From positions 158 to 64,157 of the forward strand of contig WLRQ01000007.1 in assembly GCA_009697815.1 (NCBI GenBank): a stretch of DNA of 64,000 nucleotides, written 5' to 3'. Origin of the DNA: Actinomycetota bacterium. GTDB taxonomy: Bacteria > Actinomycetota > Actinomycetes > S36-B12 > CAIYMF01. Both the position numbers and the translations under genes were made by a program. The notes below the pieces were generated by a model that was not told the origin of the DNA, made no database searches, and worked only from the letters and a program-made list of their open reading frames with translations. Shown in pieces: positions 34,477 through 43,059 of this stretch. Position 1 is the stretch's first letter; each line of letters opens with the position of its first letter.

Positions 34477-34749
34477 GTGCGCCGGATGTTCTGGGTGTCG
34501 GTCGGCGCTGCCGCCGGTTATTACGCTGCTCGACGCGGTGAGCAGGCCCTTGAGGATGCCCGCGCCCGCGGTCTTGTGGGCAATGTGGTCCTGGTGACCA
34601 CCACGGCCACGCGCATCGGAATGACCGCCTCACGGGTGGCCATGTCCGTCGGCGAGGCGGCTGCCGCCCGTGTCCGAGCTGTGTCAGATCCGCAGGCCGC
34701 CCCCATGAGCCCGGCCACTCCCACATACCCGCGAAAGGCCCGGCCCTGA
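34477..34749 (+). CDS. Small conserved membrane protein upstream of alaS (DUF6167-like)
   Basis: MRRMFWVSVGAAAGYYAARR N-terminal TM; stop overlaps alaS start. Confidence 0.65.
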   Translation: MRRMFWVSVGAAAGYYAARRGEQALEDARARGLVGNVVLVTTTATRIGMTASRVAMSVGEAAAARVRAVSDPQAAPMSPATPTYPRKARP

Positions 34750-37433
34750 TGGACTCCGCCGAGATCCGTAGCCGCTTCCTGCGGTTCTTCACCGAGCGCG
34801 GCCACGTCCAGGTGCCCTCGGCCTCACTTCTCCTCGACGACCCGACGTTGCTCTTCGTGAACGCTGGCATGGTGCCGTTCAAGCCGTACTTCCTGGGGGA
34901 GGCACCCGCCCCGTACCCCACAGCGACCTCGGTGCAGAAGTGCGTGCGCACCTTGGACATCGACGAGGTCGGACGCACCACGCGGCACGCCTCCTTCTTT
35001 CAGATGGCCGGCAACTTCAGCTTCGGCGACTACTTCAAGACCGAGGCGATCCCCTACGCCTGGGAACTCCTGACCTCCTCGGTGGCCGACGGCGGATACG
35101 GATTCCCCGAGGACAAGCTTTGGGCGACCGTCTACGAGAGTGACGACGAGGCCCTCGACATCTGGCACCGACAGGTCGGCGTTCCGCTCGATCGCATCCA
35201 ACGGCGCAGCGCCAAGGACAACTACTGGTCCATGGGCGTTCCGGGCCCCGGTGGACCCTGCTCGGAGATCTACTACGACCGAGGTCCCGAGCATGGCCGC
35301 GATGGCGGCCCCGAGGCCGACGAGGACCGCTACCTCGAGGTCTGGAACCTCGTATTCATGCAGCACGAACTCTCTGCCGTGCGGTCGAAGGACGACTTCG
35401 ATATCCGTGCCGACCTTCCTGCCCGCAACATCGATACCGGTATGGGTCTCGAGCGCATGGCTGCGCTATTGCAGGGTGTCGAGAACATCTACGAAATCGA
35501 CACCACGAGGATCATCCTCGACCGAGCCTGTGCACTCGCCGAAGCCAGGTACGGTGCGGATCACGAGAGTGACGTTCGCCTTCGCGTCGTGGCCGACCAC
35601 GCGCGCACCTGCGCCTTCCTTGTCGCCGACGGCGTCCTGCCGGGTAACGAAGGACGGGGCTACGTCCTTCGCAGGATCATGCGACGCGTGATCCGCAACA
35701 TGCGCATCCTCGGAGGGCCCGACCAGACCATGGGCGAGCTCATCGATGCCGCGGTGCTCGCGATGGGCCCGCAGTACCCCGAGCTCATTGCGAGTGCAGG
35801 ACGTATTCGCAGCATCTGCGAGGGCGAGGAGGCCGCGTTCCTTCAGACCCTTCGCACCGGGACCACGATCTTCGACGTCGCGGTGTCCGACATTCAACGC
35901 GCTGGCGGCTCGCGGCTCGCGGGGGACGCGGCATTCGCATTGCACGACACCTACGGTTTCCCGATCGACCTCACCCTGGAAATGGCGGCCGAGAAGGGGA
36001 TCGAGGTCGACCACGAGGGATTCCGTCGCCTCATGGCCGAGCAGCGCAACCGCGCGAAGGCTGATGCCCGGGTCCGCAAGTCGGGCTTGACCAACACCAA
36101 CGCGTACCGCGAAGTCATGGATGTCGCGGGAATCACGGCGTTCACCGGCTACGACGAGGTCGCGTCCGAGGTCACAGTGCGCGGCATCCTTGTCGATGGC
36201 GACGGCGTTATTAGTGCGCGCGAGGGTGTCAGCGTCGAGGTCGTTCTCGACCGCACCCCTTTCTATGCCGAGGGAGGCGGTCAGCTCTCTGACGCGGGGC
36301 TGATCACTCTCGCGGACGGCGCAGTTCTGGAGATTGACGATGTCCAGCAGCCCGTTCCCGGTTTGTACGTGCACCGTGGCCGTGTCCTCAGTGGTGAGGC
36401 TGTCGTGGGTCGTGCGGCCGTTGGCCGTGTCGATCTCGAACGTCGACGAGCGATCTCGCGAGCTCACACCGCGACCCACCTAGTGCACAAGGCATTCCGC
36501 GAGGCGCTGGGGGAGACAGCAACCCAGATGGGGTCGGAGAACTCCCCTGGACGCTTCCGCTTTGATTTCCCCTTCGCCACCGCGGTGCCCGCATCGGTAC
36601 TCGCCGACGTCGAGGCTCGAGTCAACGATGTCCTTGCCGACGACCTGGTCGTGCGAGCGGAGATCATGACGCAGGACCAAGCGCGCGCAGCCGGCGCGAT
36701 GGCGCTGTTCGGAGAGAAGTACGGCGACCGCGTACGCGTGGTCTCTGTAGGCGACTGGGCCCGTGAACTTTGCGGAGGGACACATGCGCAACGCTCTGGC
36801 CAGGTGGGTCTGATCAAATTCCTCAGCGAAGGGTCGATCGGCGCGGGCGTGCGACGCATTGAGGCGATCGTTGGGGTCGACGCCTACCGCTTTCTCGCAC
36901 GCGAACACCTCCTGCTCGCCCAACTCGCCGATATCGCCAAGGCCCGCACCGATGAACTTCCCGAGCGCATCGACACCGCGCTCAACCGGCTCAAGGATGC
37001 CGAGCGCGAGATCGCCAAGATGCGCTCGGCCATGCTGGTGGCAAACATCGACGACATCATCGGCGAAGGCGACCTCTACGGCGACGTCCGTGTCGTGGCG
37101 TTCGCGGCACCGGAAGGTACCGACGCCGCCGCGCTGCGCGAACTTGTCACCAAGGGCCGTGAGGCTGCTCGACGCGATGTCGCGTGCGTCGTCATCGGTG
37201 CGGCCCTGATCGAGGACAAGATCTCTCTCGTGGTAGCCACCAATGAGACCGGCCGCACGGCGGGACTCTCGGCCAACCGGGTACTTCAAGCAGCCCTAGT
37301 TCCAGTCTCGGGACGCGGCGGCGGCAAGGATGACATGGCGCAGGGAGGCGGCGCTGGCATCGGTGGCGTCGACGGTGTCGGGGCGGTGCTGGTCGCGGCA
37401 CGAGGTGCGATCAGTGGGTCTCTGGGCGCGTGA
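34749..37433 (+). CDS. alaS: Alanine--tRNA ligase
   Basis: LLFVNAGMVPFK, QKCVRT, WNLVFMQ, HTATHL, ELCGGTH, GGGK. Confidence 0.98.
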   Translation: MDSAEIRSRFLRFFTERGHVQVPSASLLLDDPTLLFVNAGMVPFKPYFLGEAPAPYPTATSVQKCVRTLDIDEVGRTTRHASFFQMAGNFSFGDYFKTEAIPYAWELLTSSVADGGYGFPEDKLWATVYESDDEALDIWHRQVGVPLDRIQRRSAKDNYWSMGVPGPGGPCSEIYYDRGPEHGRDGGPEADEDRYLEVWNLVFMQHELSAVRSKDDFDIRADLPARNIDTGMGLERMAALLQGVENIYEIDTTRIILDRACALAEARYGADHESDVRLRVVADHARTCAFLVADGVLPGNEGRGYVLRRIMRRVIRNMRILGGPDQTMGELIDAAVLAMGPQYPELIASAGRIRSICEGEEAAFLQTLRTGTTIFDVAVSDIQRAGGSRLAGDAAFALHDTYGFPIDLTLEMAAEKGIEVDHEGFRRLMAEQRNRAKADARVRKSGLTNTNAYREVMDVAGITAFTGYDEVASEVTVRGILVDGDGVISAREGVSVEVVLDRTPFYAEGGGQLSDAGLITLADGAVLEIDDVQQPVPGLYVHRGRVLSGEAVVGRAAVGRVDLERRRAISRAHTATHLVHKAFREALGETATQMGSENSPGRFRFDFPFATAVPASVLADVEARVNDVLADDLVVRAEIMTQDQARAAGAMALFGEKYGDRVRVVSVGDWARELCGGTHAQRSGQVGLIKFLSEGSIGAGVRRIEAIVGVDAYRFLAREHLLLAQLADIAKARTDELPERIDTALNRLKDAEREIAKMRSAMLVANIDDIIGEGDLYGDVRVVAFAAPEGTDAAALRELVTKGREAARRDVACVVIGAALIEDKISLVVATNETGRTAGLSANRVLQAALVPVSGRGGGKDDMAQGGGAGIGGVDGVGAVLVAARGAISGSLGA

Positions 37434-37951
37434 ACGCGCCTGGTGAGGGCGCGTTCCGCCGGGGAATCCGCCTCGGTATCGACGTAGGATCCGTCCGCGT
37501 CGGGGTTGCTCGCTCCGATCCGGCAGGCACTCTGGCATTTCCGGTTGCGACGCTGGCCCGTCCGAAGGCGGTGGCGGCAGGACGTCCAGATCTGGACGCG
37601 CTAGTCGACCTCGTGCGCGAGTACGAACCCCTGGAGATCATCGTCGGTCTTCCTCTGGGACTCGACGGCCGCGAGGGGGCGGCAGCCTCTGCGGCTCGTG
37701 CCTATGTGGCCGACCTCGCCTTGTGGCTGGCCGAGCGGCGCGTGATGGTTGCCATCCGCCTGCTCGATGAGCGATTCTCGACCTCGCAGGCAGCTCGGGG
37801 GCTCCGGTCGGCTGGGCGCGACGCGCGCAGCGGACGTGCGGTCATCGACCAAGCTGCTGCTGTCATCATCGTTCAGCACGCCCTGGACGCCGAGCAAGCA
37901 ACCGGAATCCCGCCGGGCACGCTTATCGATCATGCGGAGGACCACTCGTGA
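37430..37951 (+). CDS. ruvX: YqgF/RuvX pre-16S rRNA nuclease
   Basis: RLGIDVGSVRVGVA, VGLPL, DERFST, IDQAAA. Confidence 0.95.
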   Translation: MNAPGEGAFRRGIRLGIDVGSVRVGVARSDPAGTLAFPVATLARPKAVAAGRPDLDALVDLVREYEPLEIIVGLPLGLDGREGAAASAARAYVADLALWLAERRVMVAIRLLDERFSTSQAARGLRSAGRDARSGRAVIDQAAAVIIVQHALDAEQATGIPPGTLIDHAEDHS

Positions 37952-39051
37952 GCCAGCTGGGCTTGAACATGACTGCCGACGATCTCCCCCCACGTGGCCG
38001 CCGCCGTCGCGAACCGAGCGAGGGCGGAGGTTCCGCGAGGCGGCCCTTGATGCTGGCTCTGCTGGCACTCGTCGTGATCGTGCTCGCGGTCGTGGTGGCG
38101 ATCCGTTCGCTGGGCACCACGGTGAACGACTTCACCGGTGAGGGAACCGGTTCGGTGAGCATCGTCGTCGCCAAGGGTGATTCGATCCGCGCAATCGGTC
38201 GCACTCTGGCGGATGCCGGCGTGGTGGCCAGCGAGGACGCGTTCGTGAACGCAGCGGACTCCGATGCCAGGGCGCAGGGGATCGCCCCCGGCACCTACGA
38301 ACTCCGATCCGCGATGAGCGGTGCGGCGGCGGTCACGCTGCTTCTGGATCCGCAGGCCCGCCAGATCAACAAGGTCGCTATCCCCGAGGGCTGGCGGCTT
38401 TCTCGAACCTTGGCCGCGGCCGCAAAGTCCACGGGCCTATCGGTCGATGCCCTTCGCGAAAGCCTGATCCGTGCTCCATCCCTAGGTCTGCCCGCGTATG
38501 CCAACGGCAAGGTCGAGGGGTTCCTGTTCCCGGCGACCTACGAGTTCTCGCCCGACGCGAGCGCCGACGGTGTCATCTCCGCGATGCTGACGCGCTTCAA
38601 TCAATCAGCATCGCAACTCGATCTTGAGAAGGCGTCTGCCGCAGTGGGGCTCACCCCCATGCAGGCGCTGACAGTGGCGAGCATCCTGGAGATCGAAGCC
38701 CTGCCGGCCGACTACGACAAGGTGGCCCGCGTTATCTACAACCGTCTGAAAGCGGGCATGCCGCTGCAGATGGACTCCACGGTCAACTACGCCTTGGGCA
38801 AAGCGAACCTGCGTCTCACCGCGGAGCAACTCAAGACGGTCTCGCTCTACAACACCTATCTTCACAAGGGCCTTCCGCCAGGCCCCATCAACTCGCCCGG
38901 GGACGCCGCCATTGCCGCCGCGCTGAACCCTGCGGACGGGACTTGGCTCTACTTTGTGGCGACCGATCCGAGTTCGAAGACCACTGAGTTCGCGACGACC
39001 TACAAGGAATTCCTCGTCCTCAAGCGCAAGTTCCAGGCCAGCGGTGGCTGA
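37948..39051 (+). CDS. mltG: Endolytic transglycosylase MltG
   Basis: TM anchor, IPEG, EGFLFPATY, ASILEIE, VIYNRL, YNTYLHKGLPPGPINSPG. Confidence 0.95.
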   Translation: MSQLGLNMTADDLPPRGRRRREPSEGGGSARRPLMLALLALVVIVLAVVVAIRSLGTTVNDFTGEGTGSVSIVVAKGDSIRAIGRTLADAGVVASEDAFVNAADSDARAQGIAPGTYELRSAMSGAAAVTLLLDPQARQINKVAIPEGWRLSRTLAAAAKSTGLSVDALRESLIRAPSLGLPAYANGKVEGFLFPATYEFSPDASADGVISAMLTRFNQSASQLDLEKASAAVGLTPMQALTVASILEIEALPADYDKVARVIYNRLKAGMPLQMDSTVNYALGKANLRLTAEQLKTVSLYNTYLHKGLPPGPINSPGDAAIAAALNPADGTWLYFVATDPSSKTTEFATTYKEFLVLKRKFQASGG

Positions 39052-39871
39052 TTCGGCGAGCAAGCGCGCTGCGGTGCTTGGTCATCCGATCGCGCACAGT
39101 CTCTCGCCGGTTCTCCATCGGGCGGCATATGAGGCGCTGGGCCTGAACTGGACGTACGAGCGCGTCGATATCACGGGCGACAACCTGGCCGACTTCATGG
39201 CTGGGCTCGACGAGACCTGGGCCGGCCTTTCGCTCACGATGCCACTCAAACGCGATGTGCTGGCCCTGCTCGACCACGCGGATCCACTTGTCTCCGCCAC
39301 AGGTGCTGCCAACACCGTGGTGCTCACCAACGGGCGCCGCTACGGCTTCAACACCGACGTCGATGGCCTGGTGCGGGCCCTAGCTGAACACTCGGACAGC
39401 CGGCCAATCCACACCGCCGCCGTCCTGGGAGGTGGCGCGACCGCCAGATCCGCGATCGCGGCGCTTGCCCGCGGGGGTGTCTCATCAGCCACCGCCTATG
39501 TCAGGCGCCCTGAGGCAGGTGAGGAGTTACTTCTCACCGCTGAGGCCCTGTCATTCCCCCTGAGTATCGACCTGTGGACGAATGCGGCAGGCGGCCTTGA
39601 CGCAGACCTCGTACTCAGCACCACGCCCGTCGGTGCTAGCGACCCGTTAGCTGCGTGGGTCCCTCGTACACCCGGACTGCTACTCGACGTCGTCTACGAC
39701 CCCTGGCCCACGGTGCTCGCCGCTGCCTGGACCGGGGCGGGCGGCCGGGTCGCCTCCGGGCTGGACCTTCTACTTCATCAGGCAGTGCTCCAGGTGGGTC
39801 TGATGACCGGGTTTGATGCGCCACTGGAGATCATGCGTGCGGCGCTCGAGCGCGCCGCACGCAGCCGCTAA
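39044..39871 (+). CDS. aroE: Shikimate dehydrogenase
   Basis: GHPIAHSLSP, LSLTMPLK, NTDVDG, LGGGATARS, LLHQA. Confidence 0.95.
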   Translation: MADSASKRAAVLGHPIAHSLSPVLHRAAYEALGLNWTYERVDITGDNLADFMAGLDETWAGLSLTMPLKRDVLALLDHADPLVSATGAANTVVLTNGRRYGFNTDVDGLVRALAEHSDSRPIHTAAVLGGGATARSAIAALARGGVSSATAYVRRPEAGEELLLTAEALSFPLSIDLWTNAAGGLDADLVLSTTPVGASDPLAAWVPRTPGLLLDVVYDPWPTVLAAAWTGAGGRVASGLDLLLHQAVLQVGLMTGFDAPLEIMRAALERAARSR

Positions 39872-39906
39872 CGAGTAGTCCGGCTCGGATCAGCGACCCG
39901 AACCTG

Positions 39907-39933
39907 CTCAAGCCAACTTGGCCGCATGCCGAT
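39907..39933 (+). promoter_or_regulatory. sigma28/FliA-WhiG-like promoter upstream of Roadblock gene
   Basis: CTCAAG-N15-GCCGAT, recurring in this locus. Confidence 0.7.
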
Positions 39934-39986
39934 GGGACCAGGTGAGGGTCGACTGACCCCGCTCCCGCGACGCGCCGAGGTGGCCC

Positions 39987-40715
39987 ATGACCCATCACCC
40001 GCAAGGACGCGCGGCTCGACTCGATCGCGCCCTGGTTGAGTTGATCAGGCAGGCACCTGAGCTTGAGGCCGCTGCGGTCGTGTCCTTTGACGGGCTTGCC
40101 ATGGCCTCCCTGTTGCCTGTGGGTATGGACGAGGACCGGGTCGCGGCGATGAGCGCGGCACTGCTGAGTCTGGGCGAGAAGGCTTCCCAGGGCCTTGGGC
40201 GCGGAGACCTCTCGCAGGTCTATGTCGAGGGCGAGTCCGGCACGGTCTTCCTGGTCGCGTGTCAGGACGAGGCCGTGCTCGTGGCTGTGGCGGCCGCGGG
40301 CTCCAAGGCCGGGCTCATGCTCTTCGAGATCAGGCGTGCAGCGCAGACGATCGCCGAGATCCTCCTGACGGACAACACTTTCTATGTCGACGGCACGGAC
40401 GACGAGATTGATTTGTTCGAGCACGTCGACACCGAGTCTCTCGATACCGAGTCTCTCGATACCGAGTCAATCGACAGCGCGGCTCTCGCCGACGCCGCGG
40501 CGGCCTACGCCGAGTATCGGGCCGCGCAGTCACTGGGCCAGCCGACTCTGACGCAGGTGTTCTTGCCCGAGGCTCCCTCTCCCGCCTCGCCTTTGCTGAT
40601 GCCGTGGAACACCCCAGCGACGTCGGCGGGCGTGACCGAAGGGTTCGATCCGGCTTCGGTGTACGTCCCGGATGCCCCTCCGCGCAGCGGTGAGCCCCCG
40701 GGACCGTCCGGGTGA
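39987..40715 (+). CDS. Roadblock/LC7 (MglB/CvnB-like) protein with acidic Pro-rich C-tail
   Basis: VVSFDGL.MAS...DEDRVAAMSAALLSLGE...LGRGDLSQVYVEG..G...KAGLMLFEIRR Roadblock pattern in the first ~125 aa. Confidence 0.88.
   Translation: MTHHPQGRAARLDRALVELIRQAPELEAAAVVSFDGLAMASLLPVGMDEDRVAAMSAALLSLGEKASQGLGRGDLSQVYVEGESGTVFLVACQDEAVLVAVAAAGSKAGLMLFEIRRAAQTIAEILLTDNTFYVDGTDDEIDLFEHVDTESLDTESLDTESIDSAALADAAAAYAEYRAAQSLGQPTLTQVFLPEAPSPASPLLMPWNTPATSAGVTEGFDPASVYVPDAPPRSGEPPGPSG
40428..40472 (+). repeat. In-frame 15-bp tandem repeat x3 (DTESL-DTESL-DTESI)
   Basis: GACACCGAGTCTCTC GATACCGAGTCTCTC GATACCGAGTCAATC. Confidence 0.85.
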
Positions 40716-40826
40716 GCGAGCAATTGCGCCCGGATCCCGGACTGGGATTCGTCCAGAGCTAGCAAGCGCACGCCCGCACATGAACACCTAACCGAGCAAG
40801 TGCCGAGCGAGAGGAGGTGAGATCCC

Positions 40827-42134
40827 ATGAAACTGGAGGGATCCCTCGACGCGTTCGGCCTGGGCGATGTCATCACACTGTTGGCGACAACCGGGAAGTC
40901 CGGTGCTCTGCGCCTTCGACGCAATGAGTTCACGGGCCCTGCCGGTGTCGTGTGGTTCCGCGACGGGCTGATCGCGGGTGCGAGTCCGGATTCGTCCCGT
41001 GCTTCACTCCTGCGGCGCATCGTGGGCGCCGGAGCGGTCGATGACACCGCACTTCATGCCGCGGTGGCCCGCGCCAAGCCAGGTGTGGTGGGCGTGACAC
41101 GCGCGTTGATCGACGCCGGGGCAATCGATCAGGAGTTCGTCCGTGAAACAGCCGCCGACCAGGTCGTCGACGGGATCTTCGAACTGCTTCGTTGGACCGA
41201 AGGGGAGTTCGCCCTCGACTGCGAGGCGGTCGATGTCGACGATGTCGGAATCGCCCTCGAGCCGGCGCTGGTGCTCGCGCAGGCACGTGCCAGGTTCGAC
41301 TCGAGCGACCAGATCGACTCACTTGTTCCCGGGGGGCACACGGTCCTGGTCCTCCCGGTGACGCTCGCGAGCGACCCAGAAGTCACCCGGGATGAGTGGG
41401 CGCTCCTTAGCCTCGTCGACGGTCGTCGCAACGTCCGCCAGATTGCCGAGCTGACCGGACGCGGGGAGTTCGCGGTGTCCAGCACCCTCGCTTCCCTAGT
41501 CCATCGCGGGCTTCTCGTGGTCAAGGACGGGGCCCTGCCGGACCACGTCTCCGAGCTTGAACGCCGCCTAGCTCTCGTCGCGGACTATGAGGGCGCGCGT
41601 GATCCACTTCTCGATAAGTCACACCGTGACGGGTCGATCTCCTCTGATCGGCTGGTCCGCTCGTCGCCCGAGGGGCCAGGCGCGAACGGTATGACAGCGG
41701 CCGCGGCCCTGACCGCCGCGCGGGCCGCCCAGCGACTTGCCTCTGCGCAGTCCTCGCCGAGAAACGCTCGCGATGGCGGCCCCGCCACACGCGGAGCCGC
41801 GATGGCGTCCAGTCCAGGCACTGGCCGTTCCAGCGGCACAGCCACGGTTCCCGAGCGTGCCGGCATTGCGGCCTCAGCGCACAGCCCTTCTCTTGTCGCG
41901 CCGGAACGTGACGCGACCCCGGCTGCCACCACTTCGACCCGAACCTCGGTTGACTATGAGCCCTCGAGCACGGGGATGGGCGGCCTGCGAGCAGGTGGAG
42001 CAGAAGCAACCAGTACTGCCACGGCGCGACCGCTCGCTGCGCCCTCAGAGCGCGTCGACGGGGCAATCGGACGCGACCCGAGCGTCAACCGCAGCCTTCT
42101 GCTGCGGCTGATCGCCGGAGTGAGGGGGTTGTGA
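40827..42134 (+). CDS. DUF4388 (PATAN-like) domain protein with winged helix and CvnC-like C-terminal helix
   Basis: LEGSLDAFGLGDVITLL...KSGALRL N-terminus, WTEGEFAL, EWALLSLVDGRRNVRQIA wHTH, terminal RSLLLRLIAGVRGL. Confidence 0.82.
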   Translation: MKLEGSLDAFGLGDVITLLATTGKSGALRLRRNEFTGPAGVVWFRDGLIAGASPDSSRASLLRRIVGAGAVDDTALHAAVARAKPGVVGVTRALIDAGAIDQEFVRETAADQVVDGIFELLRWTEGEFALDCEAVDVDDVGIALEPALVLAQARARFDSSDQIDSLVPGGHTVLVLPVTLASDPEVTRDEWALLSLVDGRRNVRQIAELTGRGEFAVSSTLASLVHRGLLVVKDGALPDHVSELERRLALVADYEGARDPLLDKSHRDGSISSDRLVRSSPEGPGANGMTAAAALTAARAAQRLASAQSSPRNARDGGPATRGAAMASSPGTGRSSGTATVPERAGIAASAHSPSLVAPERDATPAATTSTRTSVDYEPSSTGMGGLRAGGAEATSTATARPLAAPSERVDGAIGRDPSVNRSLLLRLIAGVRGL

Positions 42135-42712
42135 GGATGGCGACTCGACGGGTTCGGCGTCAGGGCGGACAAGCAGTGAAGATCGTGGTGACCGGTCCCT
42201 TCGCGGCCGGAAAGACGACGCTGATTCGCACGATAAGCGAGATCACGGTTCTCTCCACTGAGCGATCCATCAGCGATGACTCGAAGGCGCGGAAGGCTGA
42301 CACGACTGTGGCCATGGATTTCGGACGCATCACCATCGACCCGGATCTCGTCCTGTATCTGTTTGGCACCCCTGGCCAGGACCGATTCGACTTCATGTGG
42401 GAGATCCTGGGAGAGGGCATGCTCGGCTATGTCCTGCTGGTCGACGCCACCGATCGGGAATCCTTCGCCGAAGCTCGGGGAATTCTCGATGCATTCCGTC
42501 GGATGGCTCACGTGCCTTTCGTGGTCGCCTTCAATCGACACGACCACCCGCATGCCGCGGGCGAGAGTGAACTTCGCGAGGTCCTCGATCTCGAGGGGCA
42601 GATTCAGATCGTCGGCTGCGACGTCACCGAGAAGGACTCCGTGAAGAACGTCATGCTCGCTCTCCTCTTTGCCGTACTCGATGAGATCGAGTCAGCGGCG
42701 GTTCACGCCTAG
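42131..42712 (+). CDS. Small GTPase, MglA/CvnD-like
   Basis: KIVVTGPFAAGKTT, TTVAMDFG, LYLFGTPGQ.RF.FMW. Confidence 0.9.
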   Translation: MRMATRRVRRQGGQAVKIVVTGPFAAGKTTLIRTISEITVLSTERSISDDSKARKADTTVAMDFGRITIDPDLVLYLFGTPGQDRFDFMWEILGEGMLGYVLLVDATDRESFAEARGILDAFRRMAHVPFVVAFNRHDHPHAAGESELREVLDLEGQIQIVGCDVTEKDSVKNVMLALLFAVLDEIESAAVHA

Positions 42713-42775
42713 CCGAGAATGAGCGCCGTGCGAATCACTCGGTGGTGGAGTCGACGATGGCACCGCGTCACAAGA

Positions 42776-42991
42776 ATGGTCACAAATAGGACACTTCCCA
42801 CCATTGGGACACCGCGTGTGTCGCCGTCCCTCGCCGATGAGCCGGTCACCACAGGGGTCGGTCTGGTGTTCTCCGATGGCTCCACCGTGGAACTTCGGGC
42901 GGACGATCCCCGCGTCACGGCTTTCCAGGCGGCGGCCGCCGCTCTCCTCGGGGCTACAGGCGAGGGTCGATACTGCCGAACAGGTGAATGA
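42776..42991 (+). CDS. Small hypothetical protein upstream of pilB (start uncertain: 42776 or 42818)
   Basis: Protein-like core VGLVFSDGSTVELRADDPRVTAFQAAAAALL in the GTPase-pilB gap. Confidence 0.5.
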   Translation: MVTNRTLPTIGTPRVSPSLADEPVTTGVGLVFSDGSTVELRADDPRVTAFQAAAAALLGATGEGRYCRTGE

Positions 42992-43059
42992 GGGATTCCA
43001 CGAGACCTCGAGGCATGCCGATCGTCCCGCCATGTACCACTCCGCCGGAAGGAGCACCT

